A model generated the notes under the pieces. It was not told where the DNA came from. It searched no databases and worked only from the letters and a program-made list of their open reading frames with translations. Below, piece after piece: positions 11,621 through 22,210 of a DNA stretch of 64,000 bases. A program made the position numbers and the translations under genes. The stretch's first letter is position 1. Each line of letters starts with the position of its first letter. The stretch is from Perkinsela sp. CCAP 1560/9 (lineage: Eukaryota > Protista > Euglenozoa: Kinetoplastea), in NCBI GenBank assembly GCA_965644495.1, contig CBFFSA010000004.1:310001-374000 (forward strand), written 5' to 3'.

Positions 11621-12517
11621 TTACTCATTTTGATTAATGAGACTTATCTTCGTGTTTTCAACACCCAGGGTGAGAGACGCGGGGAGGCGACCAAAATCAA
11701 CTTCACCGTAGAGTTCGGCATTTTTATTGAGAATCAGCAGTTTCATTCCTGAAGGAAGGCTGCAAAGCTGCACTGGTCCTTTAAAACAATTGTCTTCGCA
11801 ACTGAAGTATTCCAAGGAAGACGGGAAGTGTTCGAGGTCAAGGGTTCCACTGAATCTGTTTCCAGATAAATCAAGAAATCGAATAGTTGGAGGGAGACAA
11901 TGTAGTTCAACATCACCATAAAGGTTTTGAGCGTTTTTCATAGAGTTAATTGACAACCACGTCAAACGCAAAGGCAAATGGCACAAATCTACCCTCCCTT
12001 CAAAGAAATTTTGCTCTAAATCAATTTCTTCTAATAGATGCGGTAGCTGACTAAACTCAAGCTGACATCTGAATAAATTAGTCCTTAGATTGAGATACGA
12101 AAGCTCACTAGGGAAAACATTGAACGGAAGAGTCCCTGACAACTGGTTGGCGTTCATCAAAATTTTTATCACTGTATGAGGCAACCGTTCCCAGCGCAAT
12201 GAACCCGCGTAGCCCATTTGACTCCAGCCGATACCTGTCACATAGCCATCAAGATTGCAATTCATTCCATTCCACTGACACGCCGGTATGGAAGTGTTCC
12301 AGGAGAGATTCGGATTTTCAATGTTTTCAACAAATCCCGCAAGTTCATATTCCTGTGGTATTTTTGCTCCTCGTACCTTCGCCGTACGACGGGCTTCAGG
12401 GTTTGCCTCATCACTTGTGGTCAGTGTGGTGTCTCCTTTGCTTCGTCCCTTTGTCACGGGTAGTTGTGTATCTGCTAGATGAGCGTGATATATTAGTGTC
12501 GTGAAGCACATATACAT
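11621..12517 (-). CDS. leucine-rich repeat protein
   Basis: CQWNGMNC cap and about 8 LRRs. Confidence 0.92.
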   Translation of the reverse strand: MYMCFTTLIYHAHLADTQLPVTKGRSKGDTTLTTSDEANPEARRTAKVRGAKIPQEYELAGFVENIENPNLSWNTSIPACQWNGMNCNLDGYVTGIGWSQMGYAGSLRWERLPHTVIKILMNANQLSGTLPFNVFPSELSYLNLRTNLFRCQLEFSQLPHLLEEIDLEQNFFEGRVDLCHLPLRLTWLSINSMKNAQNLYGDVELHCLPPTIRFLDLSGNRFSGTLDLEHFPSSLEYFSCEDNCFKGPVQLCSLPSGMKLLILNKNAELYGEVDFGRLPASLTLGVENTKISLINQNE

Positions 12518-12769
12518 GTAGTAAGATTTCGTAATGGATATACAAATGTCATTAGAGATTGATATTTAATATATCAGAATCCAAAAAAAATCGTGATCGG
12601 ACTCCAAAAACTTCGTGTAAAATAATTTTACACGACGAATCCAACACAGTTCTTCCTTTTTAGGATAAGAACATCAGGGTGGCGATGGATGCAGTGTGAC
12701 TGTACGTTTGATTGATGCAACAAAAGTTTCAAAAAAGCGGTGTTTTTCTTAAGCGGAAGTACAGTGTAA

Positions 12770-13296
12770 ATAAATTTTATAAAGGGGAGGGCTGAAAACG
12801 TCTGGATGAAAACGAAAGTATAAAGGGTGAAGTGACAGTATCAGTAAAATTGACCCCATAACTTTGAAATAAAAATCGAATTACTCGGCATCTTAGAAAA
12901 AGAATTGGGACATTGCAGGTTCATGTTGGATAATATTCGGTGGAATTTCGAGAAGCGAGTGCGGCAACAAATATTGCTCAAACGAATTTCCCGATAGCAG
13001 TACTCGAGGCGGCGAGGCTCCATTCCAATTTTCGCCTATAACAGGGGTTAAGTCGATAACCCCACTCAAGAGATTGTTGCTGAGTCCCAATTCATTCAAA
13101 TTGGCCATCAATAATGATGGCAATCCCATCAAGCTCGGAGAAAACTGATTATTGCTTAGATCAAGATTCGTAATCGAGGGAGGGAGATCTGAAAAATGTA
13201 GTGTACCACTAAATCCATTACGGGATAGGTCCAATGTGAAAAGGGACTCGGGGAGATGACTCAAGTCCACCTCTCCGTTAAGATGATTTTCTTTTA
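12770..13296 (-). pseudogene. 5'-truncated duplicate of the LRR gene at 26772..27584 plus its 3' flank
   Basis: near-identical DNA to ~26620-27168; N-terminal half missing. Confidence 0.85.
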
Positions 13297-14289
13297 GTTG
13301 TTTGTTCATACAGGGCAGTACCTGTAGAGATAATTAGGTCGAGCAGGGGTAAGCGCAATCAACGCTCCCTGCTGGACCTTTTCGCCTTCCGAAGCAACAC
13401 AGGGAAAAGCGCTGGATATCCTCCCCAGGAAAGCGAAAAGAGACGGCCTCATCGGGATAAGATGTCCCGAGATGTTTCGTAAGCGCAGTGCGCAAGGAAA
13501 GATATACGAATTTGTGGGACGCGGATGACATTCCCATCGTACATGCTACAAATGACTTCCATGGTTCATGATACAACATGGTCAGGGCCATGGATGCATG
13601 CTGGCAAATGGAGTCATGGTTCATGATGCATCATGGGCATCGGGGTCCCACAGAATCCGCCACGGCTGGTGAGCAAGAGAGGTGCATAGAACATCCTCTA
13701 GAACACGCATACAACGTGTTTGCTCGCCGTGTGGGAGACTTCCAGTATATGGAAGCCTCCTGCGCGCAGAAGTACCGGTGTCGCCGGATAGTGAAGGCAC
13801 GCCGCGTGGTCCCGTAGTAGGGTCCTGCAGCGCATGGGGACTCGGAACCGTGTTCCGAGCGGGGTGCTGGGAGATGAGGGAAGGGAGGCGCACCCCTACT
13901 TTGCGACAAGAGGGACAGTTCCTCTCCTAGCGCCATCCGGAAAAGAACGAATGGAGTGATAATATAATTGATAAACTTTTGGTAAACGTGGACGGAACCG
14001 AATTGTGTTATAACGGGCTCGTCGAGCTCGGTGTTTCACCAAAAGTCACTACGCTAAGTAATTTTTCTAAAGGAGACAAGCGCAGCTGTACCTTATTGAC
14101 TTCTGCATGACTTAGTGGAGACCTTTTTTTCCCATTTGTAGTGTGGAACGGGCTCGAAACATCGGCTCGGAGCAAATTGGTTGTCGATCATGCGCTCATT
14201 GGGGCAGAGATAATCCCCTTAATGCGACGGCCGATATCATCGGCACATAATCCGCTCACAACGGATGTCGCCAAAGGGGGTTCGACGCG

Positions 14290-14726
14290 GACTCTGTCGG
14301 TAGAGAGGTCCAGGCAACTCGCCTCTCTTTACGCAGCCGGAGGGGCGTACTGCAACCGACTCGGTCCCAGTCGGTAGAGGTGGTCCAGGCAACTCACCAC
14401 CTCTTTACGCAGCCGGAGGGGCGCACTGCAACCGACCGCTGCAGAGTCACGCCCAGTGGTCCTCAAGGGAGGCCACCATGGCGCATAGCTCCCGGGAAGA
14501 GACAGGCGCGAGAAGAAGAAAGCCGGGGAGGGAAGAAAACTCACTCAAGGAGTGAGCCGGGGAGGGGTGAAAAGTCGGAAGTACGTCCCCTACTTCCACG
14601 ACAAAGAGAGACAGTTCCCGCTAGCCGTCAGCCGGAAACGGGCATTAAAAGGGAAAATGTATGTCCGTTTCCGGGAAAAGAAAGGAAGGGCTAGCAAAAT
14701 GTACAACAAGGTACATAAACTGTATC
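14290..14726 (-). mobile_element. SL-headed non-coding structured retroposon (SINE-like), copy A
   Basis: SL-like 14704..14726; 14446-14703 is homologous to 60849-61112; conserved hairpins. Confidence 0.6.
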
Positions 14727-14764
14727 AACTCTACAATACACATTGTCAACAACACTATACCTAA

Positions 14765-15181
14765 AAGGCCGCAAGTATCATCCCTACCATTGAACTCAAG
14801 GTAGCCTCCCGGAGTACTGTCACCACAGACTGTTTTCGATCCTATCGGGGCGTGGGGACACGTAGCCGCAAGCACTTAACAGTGAACCATAAGAAAGGGT
14901 TCGTACCTCCGCAGGGTGTACATACCAATCATGTTGAACGGGCTAATGGTATGTGGAAAGATTCTATCTGTTCTCACTTTCGAGGAAATCTTGGGAAGAC
15001 CGAGCGACGTCGAAGGTGTGCGGAACTCCGAGCATGGTTACGAGCACGAAGTTTACTTTCTGCACGCAATGAGGTGCCTTTTGTAGAATTTTTAAAAGCG
15101 ATGAAGTATTATACAGAGAACAAGAACAAGTACAATGCGGCACTAGAAGCTGGAGCTTCGTATCTCCCTGAGAATGAGTAA
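14765..15181 (+). mobile_element. Merlin (IS1016/ISXO2-like) transposase C-terminal fragment
   Basis: STVTTD..RSY...HLTVNHKKGFV...GVHTNHVE motif set. Confidence 0.8.
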
Positions 15182-15852
15182 ACCGAGTGGATGTGCGTTT
15201 TTTTGTATTTAAGTGGCCTTTAAAATGTTTTAAAAAAATGGGGGAAAAAGGGGAGATTTGAATCTCCCTTTTCTTCCCCCGAATTTCTATATTTTCAGAA
15301 AATTTATTACTGTACCCCCCTACTTATCTGTCACTACTTTTCGCGAAAAGGTGACAGGTAACTAGGGGGGATAGGGGTGTGACAGATAACTAGGCGGATC
15401 AGTGTGTGACAGATAACTAGGGAGGGGGTCTGTCACAAAAAAAGTCAGAACATGGAATTACAGAAACGGTTTATATTGACGCCGCGCTAAAAGTAGGTAA
15501 AACGTAGGTTGGTAAAACTACTAGGTAAAAACGGTTTTACGCTAAAAATAATATTACTTGCATTTGTCGAAAAGTCAGTTTCTCCCTTTATAAAACGGCG
15601 GGAGTATATAGGATATTGGTACTGTCAAGGGGCAAGTTTTTCCCTTCGTGGAGTGTCATGATTTAAAAAGGAAGTGATGCAGCACTCTAAAAATAGTGTA
15701 AATACGGGCATCTAAGCAAAAGCAAGATAATTTATGAGAACCTTTGTAGCCAAGAACGGAATTCGGCATAAAATGCACCAAACGATGTTTAGCTTCATGG
15801 AAAAAATGATTTTGACTCTGATATTGTGGGTTAATAACTTATGACGATTGTG

Positions 15853-16137
15853 CTAATCGGTACGTACTTTTAGAATTCCTAAACACGATCCGTTGAGTGG
15901 CTCACAAAAATATGGAGGACATCTTAACTCCCCGTAATGAACGGCGATGCGAGTTATGGTCGACAAATTATAGTAAAAGGTCTCACCACTATACTTGTTT
16001 TTAAAGATAAGATAAGCGGCATCAAGATCCATGCAAGTAAGAGAATCAACTATTTCGTCGATTTCTTCTTCCATTTCAACAAATAGAGCTTTGGGATAGG
16101 GAACTTTTGGTCTAAAATTATGTTTGAAAATTGTCAC
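15853..16137 (-). pseudogene. stand-alone paralogue of the N-terminal domain of the 8924..11023 protein
   Basis: DSLTCMDL...YYNLSTITRIAVHYGELRCPPYFCEP vs DAITNEPL...HYNTSTLLRIANERGTFMMPPYFREP. Confidence 0.65.
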
Positions 16138-18243
16138 TTATTACTTTCTACTTTTTATACTCATGTCTAAGGGCAAGTACTGTCATGCCACCCCCTACTT
16201 AAGAGCCCACTGATTTCATGCATTTAGACTAAGAAGGGTGAAACCATTCAGGTTCAGGGTCGGTGCGCCTCGGTGCGCCTGGCGCAATCTATTCCCCTTC
16301 TGCTAATTATTTATGTTTATTTATTCGTCCTTTTTATTCGTTTTTCTGTTTTTTCGTGTATGTATTTATGTTTGTTTGGTTTGGCTGTATTATCCAACTA
16401 AGGGACGTAGCCGCCGGAGAAAGCCGGTACTTTTCCAATTGTACTGCCTTTGTGCTGTGCGAGCCATGCTATGTTTCCATAGACTTCATTTACTACGCTG
16501 ACAAATCAGCGTAGCATTGCAGGCAGTCACTTTATCAGCGGCAGATAAAAAAGATTCCGAATGGCATGCACCCTATTTGTTTGGCATCTTGTTGTATTCG
16601 ATACCGGGTGGTGTCACTCACGCATGGCCAGAAGGGGGGCGAAGACGGCGGCAGGGAAGACCGTCGAAGGGGACGGCGACGGTGGGGACGGAGATGGTGG
16701 CGGCGGAAATGGTGGCGGCGGAGGGGTGCGGCCCCTCCTACCCGAGCTAATAATCCTTGGCTTCCTTTATTGGAGGATTATTGTAAGTCGAGTGTGTGAC
16801 TTCTTGCGGTCGAGCTTCGGCTCTCGCGCCGTCACTGATGTCTCGTACATTCTTCACTTCGCGCAGCTACCTAGGCTGTCACTAGGAGACCATATCTCTT
16901 CGGAGACAAACGGTCTTATTTTCTTTCTTTCTTTCATGAAGATGCATCCAAAACGTCGCTTTGCGGGGTGAAGGAGAGGGAAATGCCATCATACTGGCAG
17001 TGGAACACCACTGGTTCAAAGTGGTCACATCAGGTTTCTGAGCTACCGGCAGAAAATTTGGCAAGTGTTTAAATTTCACCCCTCTAAGTGGGGGAGTCAA
17101 GTTACTGAAATTGTTCCTAGTTGATCACAAGCTTCTATAACTCATTGGCCCGGCGGCCCCTCCGAGCTTTTCGACCTAACAAAGACTTCCCGAAAACAAG
17201 TACTCCCCTTTTAAATAATTTTTATAAATGGGTCATTTAGGGTCATTTATAAAATTATATTATTTATACAATTTTTTTTTATAAGTTATAAATCAAAAAT
17301 CGTTAAAGTATGCCCCGAAAACACCCCTCCAGCTGCATAAATATTACAATGGAGGAGTGGGGTACTGTTTAGGGGAAGTCCGGGTACGTTTACTTCTTTT
17401 TGTCGTCTCCTACGAACTCTTTAAAAGAGTAAAGTAAATGATTTGTTTGATGTGCTTGAGCCATTATATTTCCCGAAAATATGAGATATGTTACACACTA
17501 GCTTTATATCCAATGTGAAAATTTTCTTCTCTATCTTTCAATCGTAGTGTAACGTCTAATCCAACAATTATTCCTCCAATATCATTTCGCGACAATTCAA
17601 ATGTCTGGGCCATTAAATCACCTACTGTTTAATGCAAGCCTTGTGCGACAGCGCTTTCTTCCAGTGGAGACACCGGTGACCATTATACCGGATTCTGAGG
17701 AAGTGTCTACAACTCCACCGACTGCAGAAATTGCTACCGAGCAGAATGCTGTACTCCACAATGAGCGTAAGGTTCGTGTGGACTTAACGATTCAACAAAA
17801 ATGCAACATGTGCGCTAGTCTGGATGCTGGTCGTACTTTGGTCAGTGTTTCCCGGGAATACAAAATAGATACTAGTACTCTGCGTAAAATATATCAAAAG
17901 AAGCAAGAATTTACAGTACTAATACTATACTCTATAGTAAATACTACTATAGTAAATCTTTCTTCATTTTTTTATTTTTTTCCTGACCTGGCGGTCTTAT
18001 CCCCGCTTCATACGGTACTAATACTATACTGTATAATATTCACTGTACTAAAACAAAATACAACTACTACGTATAACCCACATAATGTTAAGTCAATTAT
18101 GTTCTGTAAATTGAAAAATACGGGAAATGCATTATCACGTGACACGTAACTTTTCGAAAGCTCGCGAGTGCGGTGCTACTTTCCAAAATTGGACAAGTTT
18201 TACACATTTTAGACCCCCCCATATTTTCTTGCATCCCCCTGTA

Positions 18244-18470
18244 TAAGACGGACAGCAAAATGTGCTCAGACTTTGCTCGGTCGATTCCTGCATCAACGGC
18301 AATTCCGTACACCATGTGTAAGTCAATGGCAGCGCAAAGCTTCTCCCAGACTTCGTGGGCTAAAATTTCACAGTGTTGATGCCATTGCTTCAAATTTGTT
18401 TCCGGAATAGCCTTTTTGATAACATTGGGTGGAAGGTCGGGGCGGAGATCCTCATACTTGCGAATCACTT
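18244..18470 (-). mobile_element. hAT-like transposase fragment
   Basis: YGIAVDAGID motif; homologous fragment at 29590-29810 (CGMAINAGII). Confidence 0.45.
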
Positions 18471-19319
18471 TCTGCAGAAGTGCTTTACTTTCCCGTGCAC
18501 CAGATACAATCTGAACGGCATCCTTTACCCACGTAATATCGGGGTCCGTTCCATGAAAAAACCGAAATTTATCGAAACGAACTTCGAAATCAAAAAACAG
18601 ATCTTACCTCCTTGAGAAATTCAATTCCCCTTCCTCCTACGGTATTGTTCAAGTCCAATGCAGAAGAGGAAAAGTCCTACATATTGCGAGACGCTCGGCG
18701 TCATGTTGCTCGGACACTCGACAACGCTTTGAAAGTGTACGTCATTTCGACTGGTTGGATAAACCGTCAAGTATTTGAAGAGAACACGCACGATCAAGCT
18801 TCCTTACTTGGAGGTTCGCAACCTGCGACAGCTCTTGTGGTGGACGAGTACACAGCCCATCGGGTTCATAGAATCCCCAGTAATTGCGACTTCCACAGAA
18901 TTCCTGGGGGTTGCACTTATTTCGTTCAAGTACACGATTTTCGGATTATTGTATTCTTCAAAAGAGAATACGAATTAGCCTTACGGCCCTGGCGCCTAAA
19001 AGCTGGTGATCACATAAAAGTGAATCGCCATGTAGTATTAGGGCTGATTAAGGTTGCTCATGAAGTTACTTGGGCAAAGTATGGCGCCCAGATACAAAAA
19101 ATATGCCAAACCCATCTCTTTGAGCCCATGACCAAATATCCATGGAATTGGAACTCTAAGGATGAAACATCTAACTCAAGGCGAAAGCTAAAAAAGAGAG
19201 CCAAGGTATCTGTTCGAAACGAAAGCAGTACGAAACCCAATAAGATACCAATATCACCAGAAACCGGAAGGCGATTAATAGCCTCTGCGTTGGCTTCACG
19301 GAATACACTTTTCCAAAAA

Positions 19320-19398
19320 TATGATCAATCAACAAGATTATCTGATCAATCAACAAGATTATCTGATCAATCAACAAGATTATCTGATCAATCAACAA
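19320..19398 (+). repeat. 21-bp tandem repeat encoding DQSTRLS
   Basis: gatcaatcaacaagattatct x~3.7. Confidence 0.9.
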
Positions 19399-19825
19399 AA
19401 TTAAATAAGATTGATGTAGATGCTCTGCCATCAACTGAACAAACGAGTACTTCCTATAAAGGGGATCGATGGAACGCTATCCGTCGCCGGGGCTCTCTTA
19501 TTCCATGTGGACTTCTCGATATTTTATGCAACCGAGTAGTTGAGAAAAAAAGACACAAACGGGTGTAAAAGTCGCACTGTGGAATGCGTGGCAAACACAG
19601 GCACTTCTTGGGTTTGGGACTCCCGGAACTCGATCCTGTGCCGGAGTTGTACGCATACTTGTATTACGAAGTTCACTTCGTACTTGTTCGGGTCTCTTCC
19701 AATACCCTTCTAGTCTTTGAAAGTGTAAAGCAACACGCTCTTCGTGCAGCCATGGACAACTTAAATCGCTTTGTGGAAAGCTTAAAATTATCGCACGAAC
19801 GATATCATGGACTACAGGTCACATA

Positions 19826-19990
19826 CAGGGGTGTAAATTTGGGTGTGGGGGGGGTCTAAAATTTGTAAAACTTAGCCAATTTTGGAAAATAATAGCGCAT
19901 TCGAGAGCTCCCTGTTCGGGAGCTATTATTTTCCAAAATTGCGCAAACATAGCTAATTTTAGACCCCCCAGCATCTGATTTGCACCCCTG
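19826..19990. mobile_element. MITE, CAGGGGTG...GGGGGGTCTAAAATT TIR family
   Basis: TA-flanked inverted ends; related ends at 18100-18243, 27914 and 30890/32917. Confidence 0.75.
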
Positions 19991-19992
19991 TA

Positions 19993-20389
19993 TACGGACT
20001 TAGTCCGAACTGCTACATGGGCAAAGGCGGGGTCATTCGCCGAGCGCTACGCCTCGGAACATAAAATATCGGAGAGAGCAGAAGCTGTCGCTGCCGGTCA
20101 CCGTTTTGAAGCGATGGTTGTAGAATCCTTTGGATACTGGTCCAAAAGTGCCCTGGCCATCATAAAAAGCGTCGGGAAACACCGAGCTTCAACCTCCAAT
20201 GGCACTTTGAGCCATGCACAGGCCATAGCACAACTCATAAGGGGTATGAACATAGCCCTCATGCGTACACAGGCACGGATGTTGGTCCGACGTCTCCCGG
20301 ATGAAGATCCCACTGGCCAACTCGTCACACATGACGACCGGCTGGATTCATTCCGAGAGAGCACGAGTGCTGGTCGTTTGCGCCCATGA
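19993..20389 (+). mobile_element. CRE-like non-LTR retrotransposon, 3' (REL endonuclease) fragment
   Basis: FEAMVVESFGYW...NIALMRTQARM; paralogous to 21200-21548. Confidence 0.75.
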
Positions 20390-20400
20390 ACAACTGGGCG

Positions 20401-20603
20401 GGATGTTGGTCGGGTCGACAGGGTCTATACTCATGCCTAGCCCGCGAGGGCTAGGTACCCCAAGTGAGGTAGTACACGGGTAGTGAATCTCCTCCCCGTC
20501 GGCCAGCATCCTGTTTCGCGACCGTGTCGCTGTCGACACAAGCCCGCGCCTGCGCCCTCCCATAACAAGGGAAAGGTTCACAAGTCAGGCCGCGAAGAGG
20601 TCG
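20401..20603 (+). ncRNA. conserved multi-pseudoknot structured RNA, copy 1
   Basis: about 15 differences by hand count from 38821..39025(-); at least 6 helices; stem substitutions interconvert G-C/A-U and G.U pairs. Confidence 0.7.
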
Positions 20604-20639
20604 TTCAGTAGCTTTCGCTTCCGACAAGGATCGATGGGA

Positions 20640-21548
20640 TGCAAATGAGGCTGAGGGCTTTTCTTCCGCCGTGGAGGACATTAGCCGGCGTGTAGGGGGG
20701 TGTATGGTGGACAAATCTACCAGGAAAATCCACAAAGACTCCGTCATAAAGAGGTGCCCCTTCTCGCCCTCCCCCGATATTGACCTTTCTCAGGATTTGG
20801 CGATTCCTCGACAACGCGATCTCAGTCATGCGATTTCAGCAAGAGACTTTGAGGAAGATTACGCAAGAGCGGATCCCCGCACTCGGGCTAGGTGGCTCTC
20901 ACAAACGGGCGACGGGGCATCCAACTGGGCCTTCACGGTTCCCTCAACTCTATGCTGTCATGCCTACACCCCTACTGAATTTCGGACTCTGATTCGTTGG
21001 TGGCTCGGGGAGAGTATATACCCTCAAGGTCACAACTGCCCGATTCCGAATTATCGCCTCCCACTCGGCCCTGAAGGGGACCATGCGCTAGCCTGCAAGT
21101 GCGGCCACGGAATCATTACAAGGCACAATGCCCTAGCGGAACAGTTCTCCGCTGAATGCAGCAAGGCCGGGTTGAGCCCACAGAGAGACATGTAAGGCAG
21201 ACCCATGTACAGCAGCCCAAATATACGGACAACGTCCGGAATGCTAACTGGGTGGCCGCGGGGTCATTCGCGGAACACTACTCCACGAATAACAAGGCCA
21301 AAGAAAGAGCAGAGGCCGAAGCCGCCGGCTACGATTTCACCGCAATGACGGTGGAGTCGTATGGGTCCTTGAACGCCAGTGCTCTAGGGACCATCCGGAA
21401 AGTGGGCACCCGTCGGGCGGAAACATCCAACGGCAGTGTCTCCGCCAGCCTGGCCACGGCTAGGTTGGTAAGGGACCTGAACGTGACCCTGATGAGGGCA
21501 CAGGGCAGGATATTAATTGGAAAGTTGCCTGGGGAAGATATAGAATAG
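20640..21548 (+). mobile_element. CRE-like non-LTR retrotransposon 3' part (thumb, CCHC knuckle, RHN, REL) with internal deletion
   Basis: RARWLS..GASNW...EFRTLIRWWLG...C..DHALAC...RHNAL; VESYG; T-rich tail follows. Confidence 0.8.
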
Positions 21549-21791
21549 GTTTTCGTTTTGTTTTTTGTTCTTCCATTTAGATGTTTTTACTTTTCTTTGT
21601 AGATGTTGTTGTTTCCTTATAGATGTACAGTGTTATATGAAATTATTCGTAGATTTTCTTTGTAGATGTAAAAAAAACAAGTTTGATATACATTGATATA
21701 CTATAGTTTAGTTGGGATACATTGATATAGTTTGATGTAGGATAAATGGGGAGAGCGCCCTACCTAGACAAGACCCGGACACATATAGATA

Positions 21792-22109
21792 CTGTGACCC
21801 CCCCTTTATACTTCGCCCATTTTGAGCAGTAACGAAGTATAAAGGGGGGGTCTGAATTTTTTCCCCGCTGTGAAAAAAAGTGTAAAATAAAAGGCCGCGC
21901 CGCTTCGCGGCGCGGCTCCTCCAGTTTTCCCTTCTATATCACCTTCCATTTCTAGAAGGGAAGACTTAGAACGGTCTTGTTGGGTTTCTAATTTTTTTTG
22001 AAAAAATACGAAAAATTAGAACAACAGTCGCCCTCCTTTCGGGGGGGACACACGAAAAACGAAGTATAAAGGGGGGGGCTGACCAGCGAAGTATAAAGGG
22101 GGGTCACAG
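21792..22109. mobile_element. pogo-type MITE
   Basis: TA-CTGTGACCCCCCTTTATACTTCG TIRs. Confidence 0.85.
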
Positions 22110-22210
22110 TATGTACACAGTACGTAATCTTTGAAATTATTCGTTTGATAGTTGTAAATGAATTCTCTTTTTGTGCTTGGCGATGGATTCCCCGATCGCA
22201 TAGTTTAGAT

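Larger units (their letters stand above)
17601..19820 (+). mobile_element. degenerate pogo-like transposase (CENP-B HTH + DDE_1) followed by a Ulp1-like region, interrupted by nested inserts
   Basis: LTIQQK..VSREYKIDTSTLRKI HTH; GWIN...LVVDEYTAH...IPGGCTYFVQVHD..FK..Y; downstream YYEVHFVLV..VFES. Confidence 0.75.

Noticed and set aside
20400-20581. Canonical HDV-like ribozyme
   Set aside because: No catalytic C in the would-be J4/2 (gggaa), weak P1.1, and G1 not conserved in copy 2; kept as an unknown RNA
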